Position numbers and translations under genes: made by a program. A DNA stretch of 64,000 bases from the human T2T-CHM13v2.0 reference genome, Homo sapiens. The DNA lies in the NCBI RefSeq assembly GCF_009914755.1, contig NC_060943.1; one strand, 5' to 3'. The notes under the pieces are model-generated. The model did not search any database. It had not been told where the DNA came from and saw nothing but the letters and a program-made list of their open reading frames with translations. Below, piece by piece: positions 27,393 through 50,590 of the stretch (position 1 is its first letter; each line of letters begins with the position of its first letter).

Positions 27393-29442
27393 TGAGTAGC
27401 TGGGACTACAGGCGCCCGCCACCACGCCCGGCTAATTTTTTGTATTTTTAGTAGAGACAGGGTCTCACCACCGTGTTAGCCAGGATGGTTCAAGGTCCTT
27501 TGTTGATTCTTCTTGGGAATTTCCACTGGAGGCAAGCAGGGCAACACTTATTTGAGAACCTCTCCTGCACCTTTTTTTTTTTTTTTTTTTTTTGAGACAG
27601 AGTCTTGCTGTGTCACTCAGACTGGAGTGCAGTGGCGCCATCTTGGCTCATTGCAGCCTCTGCCTCCTGGGTTCAAGTGATTCTCCTGCCTCATCCGCCT
27701 GAGTAGCTGGGGTTACAGGTGTGCACCACCACACCCAGCTAATTTTTGTATTTTTAGTTGAGATGGGATTTCTTTTCTTTTTTTTTTTTTTTTTTTGAGA
27801 CGGAGTGTCTCGCTCTGTCGCCCAGGCCGGAGTGCAGTGGCGCGTTCTCGGCTCACTGCAAGCTCCGCCTCCTGGGTTCACACCATTCTCCTGCCTCAGC
27901 CTCCCGAGTACTGGGACTACAGGCACCTGCCGCCACGCCCGGCTAATTTTTTGTATTTTTAGTAGAGACGGGGTTTCACCGTGTTAGCCAGGATGGTCTT
28001 GATCTCCTGACCTTGTGATCTGCCCGCCTCGGCCTCCCAAAGTGCTGGGATTACAGGCGTGAGCCACCGCGCCCGGCCTGAGATGGGATTTCAACATGTG
28101 GGCCAGGCTGGTCTCGAACTCCCGACCTCAGGTGATCTGCCCACCTCAGCCTCTCAAAGTGCTGGGATTACAGGCTCGAGCCACGTGGCCCAGCCCTCTC
28201 CTGCACTTCCAAGGGATTTTCAAAATCCATGGACCTCTCAGGTTAATTATAGTGTCTGTAGAACCTTAACTGCTGTAAGCTTTCCAGCAGACTCCACAGA
28301 CGTGTTATTAGTTGCCACCCTTTCTTTACTTTCCTCCTCACCCCCATGGATAGTCGTGACCCTGGTGGTCAGAGATAAGATGACAGAAGAGCTAAAGTAA
28401 AGCTGGTGTTGGCGATCAGCTGGGAATTCTCTAAAACAGCTTCTCACATTATTCTTATCCTCCATAGAAGGAGTGCTTGTCCTACTTGCAGGCAAGGCAG
28501 TTTGGTTCCAGGGTAGTTCGAAATCTTATTCACTGATATAGTCAGCAAATGTTTATTGAGCACCCACCAATTGCCAGGCACTGACTCACTCAAATTAGAG
28601 CACTGAACAAAATAGACCCCCTCCCCCATCCGTGGCAGACGTGTCATAATGAGAGGAAGACAGTACAATAAATGAACAGATGAATGTATGTCTGGTGATG
28701 AGTGTCAGGGTTGGTGTGCTTAGCACTGAAAATGGGGGCTTCTGAGGTTCAAATGGTTGCAGTTCCTAAAGAAGGTTGAGGGCCTTGCCTTCAGGTCACC
28801 GCGGGAGACTGGCCCCTTTCCACTGGAAACATTGCTTTGCCCAGTCAGTATTTGAGAGCTCAGCCTGCAATGGAGAAATCACACTTCTCCTCTTTCACCC
28901 TGCTCCCCACCCTGTTTCTCATTTTACCCATCCCCAGCCATTTGCAGAATGCATGCAGAGCTTCTGTTTGCCATGTCTGGAGGCTACAGGGGAGGCTGAA
29001 TAAGGGGTGATAAGCCTGTGGCTCATGTGAGGCGGGAGAGAGCCCAGCAGGAGTCACACTGAAATGACTCCATTAGCCCCAGGAGGCCTTGGCCCACCGG
29101 CCATGACTAATGTGGACATTAGAGTGTGGATTCCGATGTCCTGCAAGATCCTCCTCACAAGTGTCATTTCATGGTTTTTTTCTGGCAACATCTTTTTGAA
29201 AACTCCCTGTAAAGAAGTGCTGATGTTGATGCTGAGGCCCAGGAACTTTGGAGTTTATTTACCTTTTTTTGTTGTTTTATTTTCCTTGGCAGGTGAAGTA
29301 GGAGCTAGAGTTTACTTATTTTGAAGTTTATTTGAAATATGCTTTTTATGATTAGAAGCCATTTTAGAAATGAGGGCGAGGCCGGGCGCGGTGGCTCATG
29401 CCTGTAACCCCAGCACTTTGGGAGGCCGAGGCAGGCGGGTCA

Positions 29443-29781
<339 letters not shown>

Positions 29782-29840
29782 TCACGAGATCAGGAGTTCA
29801 AGACCAGCCTGGCCAAGATGTTGAAACCCCATCTCTACTA

Positions 29841-30026
<186 letters not shown>

Positions 30027-30088
30027 TCACACGTGTTGGAGATGGAGCTCAGGGTGATTCCTGACTGGGCCCAGGGTCCATGGCCTCA

Positions 30089-30620
<532 letters not shown>

Positions 30621-30911
30621 TTCCAGAGAGAGGGTCCAAGAGCTTTCCTCAGTTCTGAAAATGGTCCATGATTTGCACAAGGTAAAGAATGGCTGAATGC
30701 GAATTAACAGCAGACAGTTTCTTAGAAGATTTGAAACTATTGTTTCCTTCCCAGCTATTCAGATGGACTGCTCGGGTTCTTGTTATGGATTGAGGCGAGG
30801 GTAGACTTAATAGTCTTGTTTCAGAGTGGAATATGGAGTGATGGTAGGCATGAGTAGTGATGAGTTGCATTGTGCTGATAGGTTATGAAATGTAAATTTT
30901 TTATTTTTTGA

Positions 30912-31013
<102 letters not shown>

Positions 31014-33099
31014 TGAGTAACTGGGATTACAAGCATGCACCACCACGCCCGGCTCATTTTTTTGTATTTTTAGTAGAGACGGGGTTTCACCATGTTGGCC
31101 AGGCTGGTGTTGAACTCCTGACCTCAGGTGATCCACCTGCCTCAGCCTCCCAGAGTGCTGGGGTTACAGGCGTGAGCCACCGTGCCCGGCCTGAAATGTA
31201 AACTTTTATATCTAAATATTTTATATAGAAAATACCAAGATTTTATATCTGAAACACCAAGATTTTATGAGCCTCATAACTTAAGTAGGATTTGTAATTG
31301 TAAATGTTCTTTCCTCATAAATACCTGAGGTTTTTTTTTGAAAGGTTCTGAATTGTCTCAATAATGAAAACTTCCAGACACCCAAGCCTAGAGGAGATGG
31401 GTAGTTGGTAGCTTTCTGTACTGGAAACAGAAACACTCAAATATATAGAACCTAGCCAGCTAACCAAAGTAGGTAGATTTATAGATCATCTTAAAATAAG
31501 GCTGATTACACAGTAAATGTCACCTTTGGAATCTGGCTTGGTAGAATTGAAATAGGCTTCAGTACCTCCTGTCATTCAGTACCTGTTTTCTTGAACTCCT
31601 GACTTCAGGTGATCTGCCTCGGCCTCCCAGAGTGCTGGGCTTACAGGCATGAGCCACTGTGCCCGGCCTCAGTACCTCTTTTTAAGATGCTCTCATTCAT
31701 TCCCTGGTGAAAAGATGCTTGAAGTGCAAGTGCAAGTAGGTGTGGAAAGCATGGAGGGTTTGTGTTGCTTCATTTGTTTTGGTATTTGTTTTTTCCACCA
31801 GTCCCTCCCTCTGGCTTTCTGCCTCCCAGCCCAGCATATCCTGATCTTGTAGCCATGCAGGACTTTGACCCGTGTGGTGGTTTGCCATTGTCTTCCTCCA
31901 GGTGAAGATAAGACATCATTGGTTTGGCTTGAGGTTGTACTTTTGGCCTTCCCTGTATATCCTCTTCCTCCTTATCCTCTCCGTCAGCATGCTTGGTTGG
32001 ACTCTGTAGTGAAATGTGTCATTCTCTTTATTCTGACTGTCCCTATATTAGTCCTGTCTTCATAAAAAATACAATCGTAAAGATACAATATCTACTATTT
32101 GTTAAAAGTTTTGTGCTAGGCCAGGTGCGGTGGCTCACGCCTGTAATCCCAGCACTTCAGGAGGCCGAGGCGGGTGGATCATTTGAGCCCAGGACTTCAA
32201 TACTAGTCTGGGCAACATGGTGAAACCTCGTTTCTACAAAAAATGCAAAAATTAACCGGGTATGGTGGCACACGCCTATAGTCCCAGCTACTTGGAGGCT
32301 GAGGTGGGTGGGTCACTGAGCACAGGTCAAGGCTACTGTGAGCCAAGATTGTACCACTGTACTCCAGCCTGGGTGACAGGGCAAGTCCCTGTCTCAAAAA
32401 AAAAAAGAAAGCTGTGTGCTAAATACTATTTTAAGCAATTATAATGGATTAAAAACTCCTTTAATCTTCACAACAATGTTTTTTCTTTCTTTTTTTTTGA
32501 GATGGAGTTCTTTGAAACTCTTGGATTAAATGACTCTTCAGAGCTTTCTTTGCTTTTTGATACTAAGGAGTGGCATGTCTGGGGATTTTTATAGCAAATA
32601 ACTTCTCCTTGGCTACTATCCTTAGAATTCCAAGTGTTTTTAATGAAAAGAGGAGACTTGTTTTTAGTGATGTTAGTTGTTTTTAGGAAAGGTGTTCTGC
32701 AGTGTTTTTCGCTAAGGTGGCTCACGCCTGTAATCCCAGCACTTTGGGAGGCCGAGGTAGGCAGATCACTTGAGGTTAGGAGTTTGAGGCCAGCCTGGCC
32801 AGCACAGCAAAACCCTATCTACTGAAAATACACAAAGTAGCCAGGTGTGGTAGTACACTCCTGGAGTCCTAGCTACTCAGGAGGCTGAGGCAGGAGATGA
32901 CTTGAACCCGGGAGGCAGAGGTTGCAGTGAGCCTAGATCGCACTATTGCATTCCAGCCTGGACGACAGAGTGAGACTGTCTTAAAAAAAAAAAAAAACAT
33001 AAAATGGAGAGGTAGACCAGCTTACGGGAGGTGTTGCACTTCCCTCTGCCACTGGAGAGACTCTGGATCTGCAGCCAGGGAGCTTGTGAAGGCTTCTTG

Positions 33100-34265
<1,166 letters not shown>

Positions 34266-34625
34266 CACACACTGACGGGCAGGCCAATTGCTGCTTGTAT
34301 TCAGTATTTGGCCCCTTATAGAAAACATTTGCAGACCCTTGTTCTAGAAAAAACAGATGGGTGGGAGGAGGAGGAGGAGAAGCATTTCAGGAGTGGCTTT
34401 GGGCTTTCCTGTCCTGCACGTGGTGAGGCAAGAAGCTCTTGTGCCTCAGCTCATAGCACTCATGGGAGTCTGTCAATAACTAGAACCCTAGGAGTTATTT
34501 TTGCTTGTTTTAAAAATAAGCTTGTTTTGGGGCCAGGCGTGGTGGCTCACGCCTGTAATCCCAGCACTTCGGGAGGCCGAGGCGGGTGGACTTACAAGGT
34601 CAGGAGATCGAAACCACTGTGGCTA

Positions 34626-34832
<207 letters not shown>

Positions 34833-34922
34833 TTATTTTAATGGATATAAAAACATGAATGAAATAAGACACCAAGTTCAAGGTGGTAGGGGGTTAATTT
34901 GGAAGAGGCAGAGCAAATGTGA

Positions 34923-35208
<286 letters not shown>

Positions 35209-36809
35209 TGATCTGCCCAGCAGGCCTACTCTATGTTTTAGTCCTTGAGAATGTTAGAATTTGATGACACTGAGATGTGGATATACCAGACATGGGGTAT
35301 TTTCTGTACTCATCAGCATATTTGAAATATTTCATTAAAGTTCTTACTTTGCAAAGTAGACACAGCTGCAATTATGCATTTTTGGAAAATGATTAGGTAC
35401 TATCTCATCTGTTTTGTTTTTTTGTTTTTTTGTTTTTGAGATGAGGTCTCTGTCACCCAGGCCTGAGTGCAGTGGCGCAATCTCAGCTCACTGCATCCTC
35501 TGCCTCCCGGTACAGGTGATCCTCCTACCTTAGCCTCTCAAGTAGCTGGGACTGCAGGTGCACACCACCACACCCGGCTCATTTTTTTTGTATTTTTGAG
35601 CTCAAGCAATTTGCTCGTCTCAGCCTCCCAAAGTGCTGGGATTACAGATGTGAGCCACTGGCCCAGTACTATCTTGCTAAGCCTATAAAATTAGATTAGA
35701 TTGGTAGTACTTGGGACCCCTCAGAATTCTATAATGTCCTTCTTAGAAGGTGACAGCAGATCTATCCAGCAGACTGTAGATTGTTGTCTTAGTCACCGGC
35801 TGATTGTCTTGGTTAAAGCTCTAGTGACTTCAGAACCAGAGAAACTTGTTTTCCAACACATTCAAAGACCAGTTTGCTTTGCAATTTTGCAATAGCTGAC
35901 ATTCAGAATGCCTGCGAGGATTTTGTAAGTGAGGTTCATATTTCGGATAATGTGTGACTTTTGCCATTTCTGATGCTTTTCCAAAAGAAAGTTACTCTTC
36001 CCTAAAGGCAGGAATTCTACTTTTGCTTAGATATTCTGAAGCTTATGAGTTCATCCAAATTTGGTTCCTTTCAGCATTTTCCTGTTGGTCCGTCTCCGTT
36101 TTGAAAACATACAGAATGTACTTAATTTTGCCCTACCATTTGTGAGCATACAAAATAGCACTTGAGTCATATTTTTCATGATTGCTTCCCAATACTATTC
36201 TAAGACCAACATAGCATTTTGTCATTTCATAATAATAGAATTCCTCATTAAGGAATAACTTTCTAAAAATGTGTCCAGCCCATTTCCCCCCCAGCCCTGG
36301 CCGTTTCCTTTGGTATGTTGGTGTCCGTGACCCTGTCATTGAGTGTGACTGAAAACAGAGGCCTGGCAGAGGGCCTGGCCTTTGTGAGCCCTCAGATTGT
36401 GATAAAGACCCTGAGGAATGTTTTGGCTTTTAGGCAACCTCAGTTCTGTTTTCCTGCTGCCTGTTGATGCAGTGGCTTTTTCTTCCCATCAGTCTGAAGG
36501 GTCGTGTTAGTGCCTGGGCTCTCATCAGACCACAGGGAACTCATCCTGGCACTGCTGGCTGCCTCACTTTAACCACCTCAAGTCTCAGCATTCTCGTTTG
36601 TAAAGCGGAGATATTATTACGTGATTCACAGTTTTATTGTGACCATTAGAGGTAGGGCACATGATATGCCAGGCATCATGCTTGGCGAAGGCAATAAGTA
36701 ATGCAGCCAGGTGCTGTGGCTCATGCCTATGATCCCAGCACTTTCAGAGGCGGAGGCAGCAGGATCACTTGAGACCAGCCTGGGCAACATGGTGAGAACC
36801 CCATCTTTA

Positions 36810-37124
<315 letters not shown>

Positions 37125-37556
37125 TCAGTTCTCTCAGGCCTGAGAGTAAAGTTTACATCATAGATGCTTAAAAACAATTCAGTTAGTGAAAGCATGTGAC
37201 AAGATGAGACGATTTGTCTTCAACGAGGAGCTTCCTTCCATACTCACAAAAAGATGTGTGTCTTAACATAGTAAGGACATGGTTAAATTTAGTCTTATTT
37301 GGACCTAACTTCAGCCAATTAATCTGCTACTTAGAACTCTTTTACTCAAATGAAATTTGAGTAAAAAAAAAAAAAATTTTTTTTTTGGCCAGGTGCGGTG
37401 GCTCGTGCCTGTAAACCCAGCACTTTGGGAACCCGAGGCAGGTGGATCACCTGAGGTCAGGAGTTCGAGACCAGCCTCACCAACATTGAGAAACCGCGTC
37501 TCTCCTAAAAATACGAAATTAGCTGGTGTGATGGCGCAGTCCTATAATCCCAGCTA

Positions 37557-37676
<120 letters not shown>

Positions 37677-39593
37677 TTATTATAATAATTTTCAAGTATA
37701 TACAAAGCAGTGACACATTTTGTAAACCCCCATGCACCATCACACAGCTTCAACAACTACCAACATCTGTCTTTCAGACATGTTTTTAGTCCAAGTTTTC
37801 TCTTAATAAAGAGACTTTTTCTTTTTCTTTTTTGTTTGTTTGAGACTGAGCGTTGCTCTGTCGCCCAGGCTGGAGTGCGATGGCAAGATCTTGGCTCACT
37901 GCAACCTCCGCCTTGCGGGCTCAAGTGATTCTCCTGCCTCAGCTTCCTGAGTAGCTGGGACTACAGGTGCCCACCACCATGCCCAGCTAATTTTTGTATT
38001 TTTAGTAGAGATGGGGTTTCGCCATGTTGGCCAGGCTGGTCTCGAACTCCTGACCTCAGGTGATCCGCCCACCTCACCCTCCCAAAGTGCTGGGATTACA
38101 GGCGTGAGCCACCATGCCTGACCATAAAGACATGTTTCTAAATTCTCCTGGGACAACAGTGAAGTTCTACCTTTCCTTCCTACTTTACCGAAGGAACCTG
38201 AAAATAAGGCTGCTTTCTGAAACTTAAACTACTAAGTCAGTGATATTTAGAGCAGATGTAAGCAGCTGTCTAGACACAGAATGGCTTCCCAGGCTCGCAA
38301 GACTTGTCATGAAGCCCCCAGCACGTCAACAGAAAGCATCCAAGCTAGAAGAGGCACTGGCTCACAGCAGCACCCCAGAAAGGAAGCGTCTCAGGGACAG
38401 ATCGTGACCGTGCTCCGGAAGAGCTGTCCTCAGCCGCTACTGTGAGCATTTGGCCTGCCTGACAGATTCTGTTGGTGAGAATGTTCTTAGGAATCATACA
38501 GTAAACTAACTTTATTCTGACTTCAAGCATCGTGTTCCATTGATGCTTGCTTTCCAAGGTGTTTTGCTGATTCACATCAGCATGCAACCTGCTTGACAGA
38601 ATACAGTGATGTTCTCACTGTAAATTCATCACCTGCTGCTGTGGTCTCATGTATCATCCCGTGCGCTGTTAGCTGAGGCCAGTGCTCCTGTGTCTCCTCA
38701 GCACGAGGGCACTGGCAAGAGTGCATGTCTGGGCCTATAAAGATGTTGGCCAGGTTCTAGGCAGGGTTGAATTCACCAAGGTAACTGCCATCCATCCCTC
38801 AATAGGCATTTTTTCTCCTACACACCCTCAGGCACATGCCACGTGTACCTGGCACCCTTACTTACGAAGTTACCGAATTCCTGCCATGATACTGTGGGTC
38901 ACCCTGCTTCATTCTCAGGTGTGGTGTCGGGTGGTTCCTGCCTGGGCGCCGGGTGTTGTTGGGCCCTCCCTCAGGTTATTGGTTTTTGTTTTGAGATGTA
39001 ATTCACATGCCATATGATTCACCCATTTAAGGTGTACAATATTCCCCTGAAGTTTATTGTGGAAAAAGGCTGTGTCTGACACTGCTTAGGAAGCTAAGAC
39101 ACAAAGCAGCCAGAGGGGCTGCCAGGGCTCACTGTGGCAGGGCGGCGGAGAGGCTGCTGGCGCCTCTGTAGCTGTTGGGTGCTCTTGCCTTGATGCTGTT
39201 TTCAGCTTTGGATTGTAATTGGGTCCCACGTGGGTCCTCTTCATCTCGTCTTGTTGGTGGCAGTGTTGCTCCCAGCGTTGGGGTGGGCAGAGTCACACAC
39301 CAGAGGACCTCCTCCTGCTGTTTTCTCTGGACCTTGTTGATTATGTGTTTTGTGACCTTTGGCATATTGTACCTGTTCCAGGTGTACAGCCAGCTGGTTT
39401 TGGTTGATGTGTAATGGACAAAAGGTGCCCCTATTTAAAAAAAAAATTTTTTTTCTGCTTGTAGTCCCAGCTACTCAGGAGGCTGAGGTGGGAGGATCAC
39501 TTGAGCCTAGGAGGCAAGGCTTCAGTGAGCCATGGTCCTGCCACTGCACTCCAGCTTAGGTGACAGAGGAAGACCCTATCTCAAAAACAATTA

Positions 39594-39877
<284 letters not shown>

Positions 39878-39894
39878 TCAAAAAAAAAAAAATT

Positions 39895-40100
39895 ATCATA
39901 AAATCACTCGTTTTAAGTATATCATCCAAGGATTTTAGCACCTTCTACAGAGCTGTGCAGCTATTGCCACAATCCAATTTTAGAACATTTTCATCATCCC
40001 CTAAAGATCCTTTTACCCATCACTCCCCATTCCCACCCCCAGTACCAAGCAGCCACTCATCTACTTCCTGTGTCTATTGATTTGCCTTTTATGGACATAC
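39895..40100 (-). mobile_element. L1MB/L1MC-like 3' fragment (related piece near 38990-39040)
   Basis: aattttagaacattttcatcatcccc...cactccccattcccacccccag...agccactcatctacttcctgtgtctattgatttgcct. Confidence 0.7.
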
Positions 40101-41378
40101 TGTACACTTTCATTCATATGAAGTGTCTAGATAAGGTACCCTCTAACGGGTGACTTTTCATGGTTAGCTTTTTTCAAATGATAGGGAATTTCCTGCTTCA
40201 GAAGATGCTTTTTCTGCTGTGCTACTTACCTGTGATCTATTGTGTGGGTGGGATTTCCTTGGAGGCATGTATGTGTTTGTTTGTTTTGCAGAGTAGCAAC
40301 CTTTTTTGTCCGTTGATTAGTGTTCTGTGGAACATCTGGTTTCATGCCCATCACTGTGACATATTTGGGGAGACACAACAGAAGATATATCCCTAGTGGG
40401 TGAAACAAACCTAACAAACATGAAAACAACTAGCGAGGAGTCAATGACAACATCTAAGCAAGCGTTTGGCTGTGGGATGCTTTTATTGGAGACATGTTTA
40501 TCAAGCATCCTGTGCCAGGCCCTGTGCAGGTTGGAATGCCCTTGTGCTGAGCAGGCAGAGGTGGGTGAAGGCCAGGGTTAGGGAGGGGTGATAACCGTGA
40601 TACAGGAGCAGACATGGAGCCACACAGCCAGGCTGTTTTCTTTTCAGGTCGCCTTCAATCCTTCCAGTGGAAAGGCTTATTTTGGTGCAGGTGTTGCTTC
40701 TAGCAATTGTTTCTCTCTCCCTTTCAAGAGAGCGTACCGACCTTTTGCAAGAAGTGTTTCTGGCTGGAATTTTATAACATTGGCTTTTGTTTCCCTTTTA
40801 CTAAAGTAGGGCCAGATTTGAGGGTGCCTTGAAACCCAGGCCCATCTTGGTGTGCCCAAATAGGAGCTGTAACAAGCCGTGGTGCAGGGGTAGGACCTGT
40901 GTTGTCTTTGGAGCCATGGGCTGGGCTGCAGGCACTCGAGTTAAGAAGCTTCCTTCTGAGGCTCTTCCAGTAATTTGAGTGTCCTGTGGCCTGCCTGGGC
41001 AGAGAGTGGACAGGAAAGATCAGGAAAAGCACGTGTGAGGACTACCGAGGGTGCTGATAGCGCCTCTCCTTCCCAACTTCACTTCTCTGGCTCTGACCTT
41101 TCAGCCCTAAGCTCCCCTTGGCCCTGTGGGATGGGGCAGCATCCAGAAGGGTCTTGGAGTCAGGTTTTGTTTTGTTTTTTTTTTTTTAAGTCATGTTTCC
41201 ATTGGGCGTAGTGGCTCGTGCCTGTGATCCCAGCACTTTGGGAGGCCGAGGCAGGCGGATTGCTTGATCTCAGGAGTTGAAGACCCTCCTGGGCAACATG
41301 GTGAAACTCCATCTGTACTAAAAGTTCAGAAAAAAAAAGCCCAGCATGGTGGCGCACGCCTGTAGTTCCAGTTGCTTA

Positions 41379-41501
<123 letters not shown>

Positions 41502-41609
41502 TTATGTTTCTACACTGGATGTGCATGTCTTCAATAATGGGGACAGGGGACAAAACACACAACTGAAATACAGTTCAGTGGGTGGGTTGCTGTCTTTATT
41601 GTTGGGTGA

Positions 41610-45935
<4,326 letters not shown>

Positions 45936-46045
45936 TAAAGGAGAAGTGGATGCTGTGGTGAGAGGCGCACAGGGCCAGCTCATTCTTTGTCCCTGGCAGT
46001 CTCTCGAAAGCTCTTTCACTGTGCTGTTTCTTTGTCCCCTTGCAG

Positions 46046-46105
46046 AGAATGCCACGGGTGACCTGGCCACCAGCAGGAATGCAGCGGATTCCTCTGTCCC
46101 AAGTG
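46046..46105 (+). CDS. SPINT2: SPINT2 exon 3 (60 nt): NATGDLATSRNAADSSVPS
   Basis: Polypyrimidine tract plus tgcag acceptor; gtaggt donor; phase 1-1. Confidence 0.97.
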
Positions 46106-47307
46106 GTAGGTTCTTAAAGAGACCCGCGATGGAGTGAGGCCACCGGATGGGTCATTGTGAAAGGACACTTGTCATTTGGGAACTGTCACAGGCTTCCCTC
46201 TCATGGTTCTGTTTACTCAAAATTGGCAAACCGGGGGCTCTGCCTGGGCTGCCGGCTTCTGGCTCCAGCATCCTTATGGGGGAGTTTATACTGTCCAGCT
46301 GACACAGGGGCCGGGGATCCTGCAGCACTTCCTGGCTGGCCCCCATCTCCTCCTGGAGGATGGGATGGAGGTGGCTGCTGCCCATGAGGCTCAGGCCCCT
46401 CCTTGCTGTGCGGGCCTCCAGCTGCTCTGCTGACCCCACTCCCCACCCACCCTCCTGTCTGCCTGTTCTGTCTCCTCTGCTTCCTTTGCTCCCTGTTGCC
46501 ATCGCTGTCCCCTGCCCCGTGGGCATCCTCTGTCCTCTGCCACCCCCGCCTCCCCGCCACTGCAGCTTGTGATCTCAAGATGTGTGTTAGCTTGCTTTGT
46601 AGTGCTGGCGGCTGCTGCCCCATTCCTCCTTTATGGTTTAAGGACTCTGCATCGGGCGCCTGGGGTGAGTGGTCCCGATGCACTACCAGGTAGCAAATGC
46701 ACCCTCGGGGCAGACCTCAGGCCATGGACTCTGGGAGGCTGCTGTGGAGGGGGTACTGCACCGCACCCCTGCTGGAGGATGGGACTCCCCCGGCAGCTGC
46801 TACCCACCGAGTGCACTGTAGCTCAGCAGCTGTTGGGCCGGCTGGCTTGCAGAGTGCTGGGGCGTTAGGGTGGTCACTTTCCAGCTTTGCTAGGCCTGGA
46901 GTCCTGTGCCTGTCCTGGCTTTGCTCTGCCTGGCTCCCTGTTTATCCTCTGCTAGCCCCCCCACACACCAGCTCTGGTTTCCATCTTGTTGGAGAGGAAC
47001 ATGTCCCCCTCACTGTATTAGAAAGTGTGAACAAGACCGTGTTCCCTATAATATTAGGAGCTGTGGCAGGCTTGGTTTCTATAGGAACCCTGAGGTGGCG
47101 GCAGGGCCACCACATCCAGCACTCTCAGTGTGTGCGTAGAGCCCATTAGGGCTGGGGTGACGTGGCAGAGCCGGCCATGGAAGGGGCTACACACCCCTTC
47201 TTAAAGGCGTGTCCACACTCCTCAGTGGGCCCTTCCAGACCCAGACCCAGCTAGGCCTGTGTCCTGTGTCCGGCCCAGCCTCCCTAACACAGATGTTTGT
47301 GTTTCAG

Positions 47308-47361
47308 CTCCCAGAAGGCAGGATTCTGAAGACCACTCCAGCGATATGTTCAACTATGAAG
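47308..47361 (+). CDS. SPINT2: SPINT2 exon 4 (54 nt): PRRQDSEDHSSDMFNYE
   Basis: gtttcag acceptor; gtaaaa donor; phase 1-1. Confidence 0.96.
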
Positions 47362-47376
47362 GTAAAACTCCAAAGA

Positions 47377-47654
47377 GGCCAGGTGCGGTGGCTCACACCT
47401 GTAATCCCAGCGCTTTGGGAGGCTGAGGTGGGCGGATCACGAGGTCAGGATATCAAGACCATCCTAACATGGTGAAACCCTGTCTCTACTAAAAATACGA
47501 AAAATTAGCTGGACGTAGTGGCATGCACCTGTAGTCCCAGCTACTCAGGAGACTGAGGCAGGAGAATTGCTCAAAGCCTGGGAGGCGGAGGGTGCAATGA
47601 GCCAAGATTGCGCCACTGCACTCCAGCCTGGGCAACAGAGTGAGACTCTGTCTC

Positions 47655-47685
<31 letters not shown>
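47377..47685 (+). mobile_element. Alu in SPINT2 intron 4
   Basis: Full-length sense Alu with long A tail; aaaactcc(a/g)aaga flanks both ends. Confidence 0.9.
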
Positions 47686-47686
<1 letters not shown>

Positions 47687-48059
47687 CGAAGAAACTTATA
47701 TATGGGGCAAAACATGTATTCTTAGTTGGGTATTGAGAGACACTTGCGGATTTTCACTGAGGAAGTTGTAGAGCAGGGCTCTCCCCTCCCCAGGTGGTGG
47801 CAGCCCCCTGAGGTTGGGGTCAAGGTGACAGGCCCCACGTGGATGCCGCCAGCAGTGGGAAGGAGGCTGCGCCTGTGGAGATGTGCGTTAGAGGCGTAGC
47901 CTGGCACGTGGCTCTGCAATTTACATTGTCCCTGAACCTCTCGCCAGCGGCTTGGCTGTGGGCAAGTGACTGTTGCCCCGCCTCAGAGTTCCCATGTATA
48001 AAATGAAGGGTCCCAGATAGGTCTCATAGAGACTCAGCCACTGCATGTAAAAGGCCTAG

Positions 48060-48488
<429 letters not shown>

Positions 48489-48706
48489 TGAGGACCCCGG
48501 TCCATCTCCCCATCCCTAAAATATGAAGGCCTTGGAAATGCTGTTCTTGGGCCCACCAGGGCAGCAAGGCCTCTAAGCCCCAGAAAAGCTGGAAGAAAGC
48601 CCCTCAGAAAGAGCTCCCCATGGAGGCCCTGGCTGAGGGGATCCCCTGCGGCAGCTCTGTGGAATGGGGGCTGTGAGCTGACCTCAGGCTGTGTGTTCTC
48701 TTCCAG

Positions 48707-48745
48707 GCCAGCAGGAGAATCCTCCCCTGCCCCTTGGCTCAAAGG
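48707..48745 (+). CDS. SPINT2: SPINT2 exon 6 (39 nt): QQENPPLPLGSK
   Basis: ttctcttccag acceptor; gtaagt donor; phase 1-1. Confidence 0.96.
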
Positions 48746-49798
48746 GTAAGTGGCCCCTTACCCTCCTCCTGCCATCAGCCTGCCTCCTCCCTTCCTTGAC
48801 TGAGCTCAGCCCTGCCCAGCTGTGGTTTACATTATCCTTCACTGTGAACATCATCTTGGCAGAAAGTCATGTTTCTGCGTGAGAATGGCGAGGTGGTGGT
48901 TTGTCCCACCGTTCAGTGTACACAGTTGGGGCTGGAGTGAGTCAGTCACAAGGCAGGCCCTGCCCAGGCGGCGTGGGTGACTGGGGATGAGGTCTTCCTG
49001 TTGAGCATTTGAGGACTGCTGCACACGGGCCTGAGGCTGGCCTGAGGTGTGGAGGGAGCGCTGCTATGTGGGGCATAAGAGTTGGTCACGGGTGACAGGA
49101 CGGAGGACCACGGGCCAGGGTGTTTCCCAACACAGTCTGGTCTGAGCGGGAGGCCAGGCCTCTGGCCTGTGTTTCTGAGCTTGAGTTGCAGGTGATAATG
49201 TTGGCACAAAAGACCTGCCATGCCAGTCTGGCCTCTTTCTCCACCTGTTTCCCGGTGAAGGAGCCAGGACCTGGCCTGCGAGTCTGTCCTGTTCTAGCAG
49301 TGAAGCCTGGTTTGCCAGGCACGGGGCTGGGAAGCAAGCAGTCTGGGTCTGGAGGGTGGCCCCAAAAAGGCCAACTCTGCAGCTCCACAGCCACATGGGG
49401 GAGGCTGCCACAGGTCACACTCCTTAGCCGGATCCCCTCCTGAAGAAAAGCATCTGAGCTGACCAGCGAGACTGCAGTGGGGCAGACACTATTAAATTTG
49501 CTGGCACAGCTCTGAGTACCCCCTCGCTTCCACCCTGACTTCATCCCGCAGTAGCTCTCAGCCCTCCCAGCCCCTGCAGGGCCACGTCTTTCTCTATTGC
49601 CGGTCAGCGTGTGTGTGCACAAAGCCCCTAAGGTTTCATGTGTACACACCGGTGCTAAGTGTTTTTTACACCCTTGTGCATCTCTCGGCCTGGGGCTCCT
49701 GTGCAGGTTGCCCTGAGAGTTGGGTTTTTAGTTCAAAAAGAAGGAACACAGATGACTACTCTGCTGGCGACACGGCCACTCTGCTGGCACGCACATAG

Positions 49799-50176
<378 letters not shown>

Positions 50177-50590
50177 CCGCCCTGTCGCCAAGAGGACTGG
50201 GGAAGGGAGGGGAGACTATGTGTGAGCTTTTTTTAAATAGAGGGATTGACTCGGATTTGAGTGATCATTAGGGCTGAGGTCTGTTTCTCTGGGAGGTAGG
50301 ACGGCTGCTTCCTGGTCTGGCAGGGATGGGTTTGCTTTGGAAATCCTCTAGGAGGCTCCTCCTCGCATGGCCTGCAGTCTGGCAGCAGCCCCGAGTTGTT
50401 TCCTCGCTGATCGATTTCTTTCCTCCAGGTAGAGTTTTCTTTGCTTATGTTGAATTCCATTGCCTCTTTTCTCATCACAGAAGTGATGTTGGAATCGTTT
50501 CTTTTGTTTGTCTGATTTATGGTTTTTTTAAGTATAAACAAAAGTTTTTTATTAGCATTCTGAAAGAAGGAAAGTAAAATGTACAAGTTT

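Noticed and set aside
40085-40094. CArG box CCTTTTATGG (SRF site) as a candidate CPI-17 enhancer
   Set aside because: Single motif inside an L1 fragment 25 kb from PPP1R14A; expected by chance.
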